Assembly (NCBI RefSeq): GCF_006345805.1
Contig: NC_042998.1
Span: forward strand, 162,998,001 to 163,062,000
Length of the DNA stretch: 64,000 nucleotides
Reading direction: 5' to 3'
DNA from: Octopus sinensis
Lineage: Eukaryota
A model generated the notes under the pieces. That model was given only the letters and a program-made list of their open reading frames with translations, did no database searches and was not told the DNA's origin. Shown piece by piece: positions 53,297-64,000 of this stretch (positions are counted from its first letter, which is position 1; every line of letters starts with the position of its first letter). The position numbers and the translations under genes are program-made.

Positions 53297-54044
53297 ATGA
53301 AGATATAAGCAAACATTAATAAATGTATGTATGTCTGTGTATGTCACTGTCATACATGCAGCTTTCTTTGTTTCCAGTTTTCCATGGAAACTTATCTGGC
53401 CATGGGAGTATTACCTTACTGCAAAACAGATAAGGGCTGGTGACAGGTAGGCTATAGAAACTCTGCCTGACAGCGTGAACAAACTCTGTCTGACCCATGT
53501 AAGCATGGAATAGTGGATGCTAAACAATGTTGATGGAGATGATGTGTACGTGTGTGTGTGGAGATGATGTGTAGGGTGCTGTGCTCATAATCACAAGATT
53601 ATGGTTTTGATTCTCAGGCCAGCAGCATATTGTGTTCTTCATCATATCACTTTATTACATGTTGTTCCAGTCCATTCAGCTATAAATGAATAACCCTGTG
53701 ATGAACTGGCATTCTATTCAGGGGCAACATTAGCCTGCTCACCTGGCCAAAGTATGGCTGTGTTCAAAAGCTACAACAATAGAAAGAAATGCATTGTGAC
53801 TAGTGGTGTATAACAACAGCCATTAATATGGTCGTTAATGTGATACTATGATATATATATATATACATATTTCATGGACTGCTCGCTCTCTCCATCAAAT
53901 TGACGAAGTAATCATAGAGGAACATGAAATTAAGTGTTTTGCACAAGAACACAACACACTGCTTGATCATTATGTACGTTGGACTACATTATCTAGTATG
54001 ACCTTCCTTTTCACAAGATTGTAATTCTATCTTTTTTCTTCCTT

Positions 54045-54394
54045 TAACTTGTTTCACTTATTTTACTGTGGCCATGCCGGAGCACAGATCTACCCCCAGA
54101 ACCTATTTTCTTTGCATGCCCAGTACTTATTCTATCGGTCACTTTTGCCAAACTGCTAAGTTATGACATAAACACACTGCCATCGGTTGTCAATCGATGG
54201 CAGGGGGGCAAACACAGACACACACACAACTATATATGACAGGCTTCTTTCAGTTTCCATCTACCAAATGCTCTCACAAGGCCTTGATCTGCCTGGGGCT
54301 ATAGTAGAAAACATTTGCCCAAGATGTCACTTAGCGGGACTGAACCCAGAACTATATGGTTGGGAAGCAAGCTTCTTACCACACAGCCATGCCT
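54045..54394 (-). mobile_element. SINE family A copy
   Basis: Family consensus. Confidence 0.82.
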
Positions 54395-56608
54395 GTGTGA
54401 TTAAAGGGATATTTGGCTGCTAGTTCTAGCAGGTCAAACATCCATGTTTATGTGTAGCTGTATGTCACTGTTTGATGTTGCATATGTGAGTGTTTGATGT
54501 GTGTGTGTGTGTGTGTGTGTGCACATGCATGTCAGTCTGTAGAAAAAATATAGAAATAATATAAAACAAATTTTTAGCAAATTAACAATATATCACTTGT
54601 TTAATTTTATTTACAGACCAAAAACCTAAATATTTTATTTTCCAAAAGTGATAGCTATGTGGTGGTTATCAATTAGTGGGTGCGGACAGATATGTCACAA
54701 ATGATAAATACATCTTTAATTTCAGTTTTCAAAGCAAAGTCTGATGAATATAGAAGAGACTTACTGTCAACTTCATATTACTCTTGTCTGTGTCCAGCTA
54801 GCTTTCCAATTATCTCTCATACGAAATTGGTGATGTATGAATATTACATACTTATTTTATTTATCTAACAAAGTGAAAAATATCCATTTCTGATATGTCC
54901 TCACAAAACATAACATTGACAGAAAAATTTTAAAATAACAAGATTTAGTTTCAGAGTCACTAGTTATTTATATTAGACAAATTGATTAGTTGACGAGCTT
55001 ACCCCCCCCCACCACCACCACCACATTCTCACCACCACCACCACCACCACCACCACCATATTATTCACTATTTCTAGCAACCTTGCCAAGGCCAGAACTA
55101 ATGACAAGACTTTCTACCATATTATGTCATCCAATTTCTGTTATCTTTGAGAAATATTTTCAATGATAAAATATTTTAAATTCCTAATTTACGCTCTTTC
55201 CATCCATCTATCCCTTCTATAAGTCACCTAGAAAGTCACAAAAATAATATCACGACAAAGCAGGTTTGTTCCTTCTGCACCACCATCCTCTCCACCACTA
55301 CTTCCACCATTCCGATCCTAGTTTATTGAATTTAACACATTAGCTTTATATACAGTGGCTCTATGACATAAAAATGGTGACTTTGTACTAAACAGTTCCA
55401 CCATTTTAGAACATAATAAAATGATTCTTGTGTCATATTTTACTTAATGGTACACCCACACTGTTAGTCATACTCATGTCAATTATTTCAATCTATATAG
55501 ACTTGCAATCTTATCTTAGATAAGATGTCAATCTGTTAGCTTTCACGTTATCAGCTCACATGGCATTATTGGCACTTCGTTCATCTGACCTTGTATAAGA
55601 CATTTAACTGTTTGCCTGTTCAAGCATGTTCATAAATTTGCCAAAAGATCTATACTTCTGTTCAGACTTTTAGTTAGCCCTTGTTTCATACATTCTGGGT
55701 AATAAAAACAGTCGCAAAGAGGTACCAGATGCTGCCAAACTTCAACCAAGAGAACCCAAGATGCACATGATCATGCTTCTGAGAGTATGGCTTTGAACCA
55801 CAGGACAGTTCAAGACACTGCTCCATTGCATCAAGCAGTAGCTAGCTCAATACCAAAAAAAACATCAGGCCATGGCAATCTTCCAGGAGGGCTTTCTAAA
55901 ATTCCATCATGCCCTACCCACATACATGGACCTTATATTTAATTTAATAATCCTCAGGGATGTCGTTCACTGTATGGTATGCCCCCTGAAGGGGACTATA
56001 CACAGATGGTGGTGCAGGCTCAGTTCAATCCAAGCTTTGAAGTTTGTTACCTTACTCATGTAGGGAAGGGCCAATATGACATGTTTGCACCTTTGCAACA
56101 CAGATTTTATACATATGTATGTGTTGTGGGGATGAAGATGTGTGGCCTAGTGATTAGGCTGTTGCACTCATTATTGCTAGATCGTGGGTTCAGTTCCAAG
56201 AATGGGCAGTGCATTGTGTTCTTGAGCAAAACACTTCATTTCACATTGTTCCAGTCCACTCAGCCGTCAATGTGTAACCTTATGATGGAACAGTCTTCCC
56301 ATCATGGAAAATACTGGCCTTCTCACCTAACTAATGGGGTGGCATCATTCAAATGCTAAAACAATGCAAAGTACGTTGTGACCACCAATATATATCAACA
56401 TTCGATATTCTGGTCAATAACCTGATACACACACACATACAAAGGAGTGGTGAAAAGTTCCTGGCTTTAAGAGTATTGTGAATGGCCTGATTGGAGACCC
56501 AACTTATAGGGAAAAATTCAATTTAGTATTAAATCAAATTTCACAATATAAATATATAATATATAAATTAGAGAAATATGTGCGTGTGTATGTATATATA
56601 TATATATA

Positions 56609-56813
56609 GTTAATCCAAACAAGAAAGCACAAAAAAACACAACAACGCGAGGACATGGAACAAATATAGTATTATTGGACGCTCAGGAAGGAAGTAAAGA
56701 AGGAGGGTTTAACGTTTCAAGTGGAGCTCTTCGTCACAAACATAGGAGAAGGAAAGATCCAGAGAAGGGAAGACAGAGGAAAAAAAATCACCAACGGTAC
56801 ACACGTGGTCACG
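56609..56813 (-). mobile_element. PLE pseudo-LTR-like short element in (TA)n with a minimal hammerhead
   Basis: TA repeats on both sides; minus-strand HHR at 56707-56741. Confidence 0.7.
56707..56741 (-). ncRNA. Minimal type I hammerhead ribozyme (mutated copy)
   Basis: GTTT-GTGACGA-A-GAGC(TCC)ACTT-GAAA-CG-TT-AAAC; C3>G and one stem II mismatch. Confidence 0.65.
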
Positions 56814-56903
56814 TATATATATATACATACATACATACACATATATATGCAGGGTGCTGTGAATAAAGTGTCGTTTGAATTACACAAAAATGAAAATAAC
56901 ATT

Positions 56904-57312
56904 AATAAATCTCTGAACGAGATGTAAACAGCCGTATTGAGATGGCTAGTATACCTTACATTGTCGTGCAGTTACTGTTTACATCTCATTCAGAGATTTA
57001 TTATTGCTTGCATACAGTTTTTCGAGATCAGTGATGAAAAGTTACTGGAAAAACAATATAAAGATTTGCATTGGGACCCCCTTCATTGACAACCGGTGAC
57101 TGCCGTACGCTGAAGGCAGGCAAATACCTCGAAACTGCAGTCCGTGCGTGTCACCTAGGTTGACGAGGGAGGGATGACCTCCCTTTGGAAATACCATAAG
57201 GGCACAGAAAGTGTGCCTAAAGCCAGCTGGAGACGATGATCTGGGGCTACAACCTACAGTAACACCTACCCTTAGTGGTTAGCCATATTGAGATGACTAG
57301 TATACCTTACAT
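56904..57312 (+). mobile_element. Retrozyme-like insertion: ~1.1 x 351-bp monomer plus 5' inverted segment, 13-bp TSD
   Basis: TSD tgaaaataacatt (56891-903, 57313-325); direct repeat 56930-63 / 57281-314; inverted repeat 56904-31 / 56975-57002; HHR at 57095-57155. Confidence 0.82.
57095..57155 (+). ncRNA. Full-length type I hammerhead ribozyme, predicted cleavage after GUC at 57142
   Basis: GGTGAC-TGC-CGTACG-CTGAAGG-CAGG(CAAATA)CCTC-GAAA-CTG CAG-TC-CGTGCG-T-GTCACC; this copy has A9>G and a C-C mismatch at the base of stem II. Confidence 0.85.
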
Positions 57313-58163
57313 TGAAAATAACATTGACATCTCATTTTAACAGATATATTTACCAAAATTGCATAAAAATATCTTGAAATACTAAAGAATAAATTTATTC
57401 AATAAAATCGCCATTGGCTTCAACCGCGGCCTCCAGACAACTTTGGAATCTCCTACAACTCTTCTGGACAGTCTCTTTGTTTAAGTTGGTGAATGCTGGC
57501 ATAATCTGTGCCTTCGGTTCATCTTTGGTGCTACAAGGAGCTATGTTGATCTCTGTCAACTGCACCCCATGCACAATAACCAAGGGGGTTGCAGTCCTGG
57601 GAGTTAGGTGGCCAGATGTTAGGGGTGATGTGGTTGCAGAAATTGTCTGACAGCCATGACTGGCTTCTCCTGCTTGTGTTGCATGGTGCAGAGTCCTGTT
57701 GCCAGATACAGGGTCTTCCAGCAGCTACCCTCTTGACACAGGGCAGCACTACCTCCTCCACTCACTTGATGTAGGCCTCTGTGTTGAGTGTGAGGCCGTG
57801 TGGGAAGATAAATGGAGGCATAACGTTGCCATCACTAGTGATCACTCCAAACACCATGATGTTGACTGGATGTTTGATTTTTATCACTCTCAGTATATGT
57901 CCTCAGATTGACAGCCAAACACTGAAATATTCATACTAGAGCTTTGGGTGTGAATGCCAAACAGTACAGCATGTCATTTCCAAATTTCTGGCAGACTGAA
58001 TAGCATCATGGTGCCGTTTTCCTCATACACAGTGCTCTACTGACCCTACTATACTGTGTAGTTGACAAACTCTAAAAACAAATAATGCAGATGCACAAAA
58101 TTAAAATATAAAATGGCGACAATTTACCCATTGCATCTTGTATATATATATACATATTTATCC

Positions 58164-58409
58164 AAAGTTAGGGAATGGAATATATAAAATCCAGGCTATA
58201 TATATTTCCTAGCCAGCAGAACCTCAGTAGTAGTGATTACTCAAAACTCGTGTTAACGTATGATCCCCTGATGACAATGTAACAATCATTTGATTAAGGT
58301 ATCTTTGGCCTATAGAGTACCCCGTGTTTTGGGTAATTATTACTTCTGAGATTCTGCTTGCTTTGAAACATATGTAGCCTGGATTTTTTCTACTCCATTC
58401 CCTAAATTT
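58164..58409. mobile_element. ~245-bp MITE with ~85-bp imperfect TIRs
   Basis: tagggaatgga..atccaggcta..gcagaacctcag / ctgagattctgc..tagcctggat..tccattcccta. Confidence 0.8.
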
Positions 58410-58619
58410 GAATTTTTATTCACATACGCAGGAACCTCAGCTGCCAACCATGAACTATAAAATAACTTTTTTCAGCTCATCAAACTTTGATATGGGAAAA
58501 ATTTACAAACTTCTACATCAGTAAACAACTATTGTTCCTAAAATTTGTTTTTTATACTTTCTGCAGACTGCTCAAAGCTTACTAACTTCATACATCTTGA
58601 TCCTTGGATCTTATCTTTA

Positions 58620-58879
<260 letters not shown>

Positions 58880-58884
<5 letters not shown>

Positions 58885-59047
58885 GTGCTGGAGCACCACC
58901 TTTAGTCGAGCAAATCGACCCCAGGACTTATTCTTTGTAAGCCTAGTACTTATTCTATTGGCCTCTTTTGCCGAACTGCTAAGTTACGGGGATGTAAACA
59001 CACCAGCATCGGTTGTCAAGCGATGTTGGGGCACAAACACAGACATA

Positions 59048-59117
<70 letters not shown>

Positions 59118-59167
59118 TATATATATACATATATACGACGGGCTTCTTTCAGTTTCCGTCTACCAAA
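58880..59167 (-). mobile_element. SINE family A, 3' part
   Basis: Family consensus; head missing. Confidence 0.85.
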
Positions 59168-59350
59168 TCATGACAAATGATATATATATATATATATATA
59201 TATAATAGTGTACATTTAAACACAAAGAGAAATTAACTATAACAGGTAATTTCTACACGGTAGCAAACATCAAAATTATTTGTAAAACAAATGTTTTAAC
59301 AACATGGCTCTGCTCCACCTCTCTCTAATTATTAAAATTCATAAAATAAG

Positions 59351-59545
59351 ATTAACTCTTTTGATACCAATCTTTCCTCTGGTTTTAAAGTTATCTAAAT
59401 AAAATTTTCCATTAATTTCAGGTTAATTTATATTCCAAACACCAGTTTAATAATGATAGCTATCTGAGTAAATTTTTCATTATTTTTAAAATTAATTGAA
59501 ACAAAGTTGGTATATTTAAACAGAAATATCGTAATTAATGGGTTA
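59351..59545. mobile_element. Possible second piggyBac-like MITE
   Basis: TTAActcttttgatacca ... taattaatgggTTAA. Confidence 0.45.
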
Positions 59546-61224
59546 ATTCATATGTTATGGAAACAGATAGCTTATGATATTTTGAACAAAGATCTTTAAA
59601 GAAATTAAGAATTTTACAAATTTACTTTATTTTGTAGTGGCAGACAGTCACTGGTTTCCTCTAAATTATTTCTTATTTTTATAAAGACCTAGTTACTATT
59701 GTTCTTTGCTATATGGTTCCAGTTCAATCTGATTAAGCAGACCTATGACTGATCAACAACATTCCATCCATGACTATCCATCATATAGAGTATGTCTAGA
59801 ATTACACTCACTAGTGTGTTCTTTATATCTAAGATGGCTGAGTGTAATTTTGGAGGAATATTTAACTGTTGTCTCTAGCACATTTAGGGATCACATGGAG
59901 AGGTGCAAGTGGGGATGTGAGGTTCAGAAATTTGCTTCCCAGCCACATGATCTTGAGAGTTGATTTGGTAGATGGAAACTGCAAAATCCATGTCATATCA
60001 TCATCATCATCATCATCATTTAACATCCGTTTTCCATGCTGGCATGGGTTGGACTATTTGACAGAAGCTGACAAGCCAAAAGGCTGCACCAGGCTTCATT
60101 GTCTGTTTTGACAGGGTTTTTACATCTGGATGCCCTTTCTAACACCAACCCCCTTAAAGAGTGGCCCAGGTGCTTTTTATGCGGCACCAATACAAGCAAA
60201 GTCTGTTTTCACATGGTATTTACAGCTGGATGCCCTCTTTAACACCAACCACTTTACAGAATGGCTCAGGTGCTTCTTATGTAGCACCAGCACTGGTGAG
60301 GTCTGTCATTCATTTCCAATATTCTTTGCAAACTTGTCTAGTCATGGGAAAATATTACCCTTGCTTTGAAACAGATAAGGGTTCATGACAGGAAGAGCAT
60401 TTGGCTAGAGAAAATATTCTGTCTGATCTATGCAAACTTGGTAAAATGTACATTAAAGTCATGATAACCATCATGATGGTAGAAGTTTTCATCAATGGTG
60501 TGAAAAGACTAAGTTTTTTACAATATCACTGACCAGATTTTTAGGCATTGTTATACACCACTAGTCACAATGTGGTTTGCAGTATTTTAGCTTTTGGATG
60601 ATGCTATCCTGCTGGCTAGGCAGGCAGGCTAATATTTCCTTGAATAGAACACTAGTCCCTCGCAGGGTTGCCTATTAGCAGCTGAGTGAACTGGAGTAGC
60701 ATGAAATGAAGTGGTTAGAAGTTAAAAAAAACATTATGCATGGCCAGTTTGGGAATTGAAACCATAATCTTGTGATTATGACTGCAACACCATAACCACT
60801 TAGCCACATTACTTCACAGTTTGTTATAAAGTATGAAATCGAAATTAGAGAAATGTGATAGTCGAACTTGAAATGGCTAATAGTTCTCAAACAACCTGGA
60901 GCAGGGGAGAATTCTTTTAGTTAGGAAAAAGGTATGAAGAGCTTGGCTGCTATATATAGATGTTCTGTTATGAGATTATAAGGGAACACATTCAGGTACA
61001 ATGAAACAAAAAGAATAAATAAATAGAAATAAACAAAAAATAAAATAGAATAGAATAATAATAGTAAAGAAATAGAGAACAAAATGAAAGCTATTCTGAG
61101 ACAGGTATGTTAGTAATTTTGTCTCAGACATAATTCCATTACCATTACACCCAAATTCCACCTTGAGTCAGTAAGTCATTCAGTCATTAAAATTAGGGCT
61201 TGTCTATCTTTGGTAGCAAAGCTC

Positions 61225-61282
61225 TAATTTTATTATTACTATTATTATTATCATTATTATTATTATTATTATATTATTATTA

Positions 61283-61321
<39 letters not shown>

Positions 61322-61530
61322 CATTATTATTATTATCATCATCATCATCATTATTATTATTACTAAGATCAGTATTGTTATTATTGTTATTATTATTTTT
61401 ATCATCATCATCATTGTTATTATTGTTATTATTATTATCATCATTGTTATTATCATTATTATTATGAACATCATCATCATTGTTGTTGTTATTATTATTA
61501 TTATTATCATTATTATTATTATTATTCTAG
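61225..61530. repeat. (ATT)n/(ATC)n microsatellite block
   Basis: Directly visible. Confidence 0.95.
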
Positions 61531-61666
61531 TTGTCGTTTTGATTGCTGCTTTTGCTTCGAGCCAAGTGTAGCAGAGTGAAATCTGTACACATCATTTACG
61601 ATTCTAAAAACTTCATTTTAACCACTCGACTGACTTTCATGGCTAATTTCCTCACACCTTGCTTAC

Positions 61667-61703
<37 letters not shown>

Positions 61704-62116
61704 TGTGTTTTGTTTATTTTTTTGCTTGTTTCACTTGTTTGCTGCTGTTGTTTCTGTTGTCTCTTTGATTGTACGTATGTATTTCTCACATTCCCTCTTT
61801 TTTTGTTTTTGTTGTTTTTTAATGCATCATGGCCAGCCAAGCTTAGCAGGAATTACTGATGACATTTTTGTATCAATGAGGAGACAGGAATTTTAGGAAG
61901 TGATAAACAAGAAGCAGGGGAAGAGGGAAAGGAAACAAAAACAAAACAAAAATAAAGAACAGGTACGGAAAATGGTAAATATGCATGTATTGCACATTTA
62001 CCATCTAAAGTCCAAAGACTTGAGGCAGAACTTTATTTGACATGAACAGAAATATATAAACTGTAAAAGAGAAAACATACATATATGTGTGTGTATGCAT
62101 ATGTATAACATATATA

Positions 62117-62166
<50 letters not shown>

Positions 62167-62404
62167 CACATATATGCATATATATATGCCCATATGTACC
62201 GTGCTAGCACGGAAAATGGACGTTAAACGATAATGATGATGATGATGATGATGATGCATATATATATGCCCATATATATATATGCATATATATATATATG
62301 TACATATATGCATATATATATATGCCCATATATATGCATATATATATATACCCATATATAAGCATTATGTATGTGCACTTATATATGCATATATATATAT
62401 ATAT

Positions 62405-64000
62405 ATGCATGTTCTACGTTCTCTTCCTGTATATTGCCTTCAGCCGTCCGTTAATCTCTCTCTACTTCTTTTTAAAAAAACCCGCTTCTCTAGCCATGTC
62501 TCTTTCCTAAGCCGCTGCCTACATCACCGACTCATCCCTAAAGGTTTCCGCCTCCACTTCCACCCTGCTCTCCACTCGGATTCTTCCATCTTACCCATAC
62601 TCCGCACCACATCTTACCGCCTTATGCGGGCCACCATTCGCTCCAATCTCTCCAAACTACATGCCATCAACCGCCTTCTTCCTCCTGCTTTCTCCACCTT
62701 CTTCTCCTCTCTGCCGCCTCTCTATGCTCCAAACACGCTACGCTTCATTATCCATTTGAATCAACTCTTCCATCAATTTCTTTCTGATACCAAACTTCGT
62801 AAAATCCAATCACTCTTCCATTCCACCCTACCCGACGCCACTACCCCAACTCCTCCATCACCCTTCTCCCCTCCCGATAGGCTCCATCCACCCACACCTA
62901 ACCCCACTGCCCCTCCCTACAACCCCTTCTCCCCTCCCGTTAGGCTCCATCCACCTACACCTAACCCTACTGCCCCGCCCAACCACCCCCCACACACCTC
63001 CCCAATCCCTCCCCCTCAGACCTCCACGAGACCTACCACCCCTCCTACTTCTATTCCACCCACCCCTTCTCCACTTCCGTCTGTTGTTACCATTCCCCCC
63101 GATCTTCCCCTCTCTGCGGCTGAACGCTCCGTCCTTGGTAGGGGTCTGCGTTTCATCCCCCTCACTCCATCCTGTAAGGAATTCCAGACGCGAGTTGATG
63201 TCCACAGCTTTGTGCGCCGTGTCCGGTTGGGTGCGCATTACCACGACTCGCCACCCACACCCCACGAAGAGGACGACTGCTTCACTGGCCTGGGCCGCCG
63301 ACCATCCCCGTGGACGCCTGCCCCTGGCCAGATCCTAGCAGTGGATCTTTTCGCGGGCGCTTGTCAGCGTGCATTGGAGCGGTTCAACTTCTCCAGGCGC
63401 CAACACCGCCTCAACATCTCCCCGGCTGAGCTCTTGGCTCTTTGTTCCCTCCAACGGCGCGCTGACATTATCATCAAACCGGCTGACTAGGGTGGAGCTG
63501 TAGTGGTGTGGCGCGCGGACCTCTATAGGGCCGAGGCTTTCCGCCAACTCAATGACACCTCCTTCTATTCCCCTCTGCCCTCTAACCCCACACGTAGCTA
63601 CCAACAGACGGTATCCTCTACCGTCCAAGACCTCATCTCGTCCTCCCGTCTCCCCCGCACCGCATCCAACCTAATTGTGCGAACCCCACGTACCCCCACC
63701 ATTTACTTCCTCCCCAAAATCCACAAACCCAACAACCCTGGCCGCCCCATCGTCTCCGCCTGTAACTGCCCCACGGAGCTCATCTCTAAATACCTCGACC
63801 GTGTCCTTGCCCCCCTAGTGGCATCTCTTCCCTCCCACATCCACGATACCAACCATGCTCTCCGGCTTTTCAACTCTTTCTCCTTTCCTCCCGGCTCCTC
63901 CAAAATCCTTTTTACTATGGACATCCGAAGCCTCTATACTGTTATCCCTCACCACGAAGGACTGCAGGCCCTTCGACACTTTCTTGACCTCCGCTCTAAC
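62405..64000 (+). mobile_element. Young Penelope-like retroelement, RT ORF with one nonsense codon (63488-63490), truncated by the window end
   Basis: N-terminal [18 protein letters not shown]; IIIKPAD*GGAVVVW; then open in frame to 64000 with YFLPKIHKPNNPGRPIVSACNCPTELIS and LFTMDIRSLYTVIPH, which are PLE RT motifs. Confidence 0.93.

Larger units (their letters stand above)
56850..58140 (-). mobile_element. DD37D (maT) Tc1/mariner transposon, 5'-deleted, with a 409-bp insertion in its 3' region
   Basis: QQDSAPCNTSRRSQSWLSDNFCNHITPNIWPPNSQDCNPLG has 37 residues between the catalytic positions (last D>G); ends ..LEAAVEANGDFIE*; degenerate TIRs cagggtgctgtgaataaagtgtcg / cgacaatttacccattgcatcttg. 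Confidence 0.88.

Noticed and set aside
57161-57195. Second hammerhead core (TTGACGA-GGGAGG..CCTCCC-tttg-GAAA)
   Set aside because: C3 is missing, GAAA is not adjacent to stem II and no stem I closes; treated as an ordinary hairpin.
63488-63490. Programmed recoding (selenocysteine) of the PLE in-frame stop
   Set aside because: The codon is UAG, not UGA, and sits at a conserved Lys one substitution from AAG.

Overview
AT-rich, microsatellite-dense eukaryotic DNA. The repeat landscape looks like an octopus or other coleoid genome; that is inference from pattern recognition and was not searched. No host protein-coding gene can be supported, and almost all listed ORFs are microsatellite artefacts or transposon remnants. 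The window is a mosaic of mobile DNA: two mariner families, a DD37D (maT) Tc1/mariner element, a Tigger/pogo remnant, several MITEs, two non-autonomous Helitrons, RTE LINE pieces, an R4/Dong-like RLE fragment in (TAA)n arrays, at least three tRNA-derived SINE families, and Penelope-like elements (PLEs). The PLEs include a young, window-truncated RT ORF at 62.4-64 kb with one nonsense codon. The main result is a set of hammerhead-ribozyme (HHR) elements. (1) A 409-bp insertion (56904-57312, 13-bp TSD) holds about 1.1 copies of a 351-bp monomer with a full type I HHR plus a 5' inverted segment; a second truncated insertion of the same family sits at 51944-52028. This is a retrozyme/circular-RNA-like signature. 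(2) A 407-bp insertion (44018-44424, 10-bp TSD) fuses a tRNA-like Pol III head to a minimal HHR and has the same Penelope-style inverted end. (3) Several PLE-terminus-like pieces carry minimal HHRs, and one family has a non-canonical CUGUNGA core. All coordinates were counted by eye and may be off by a few bases.
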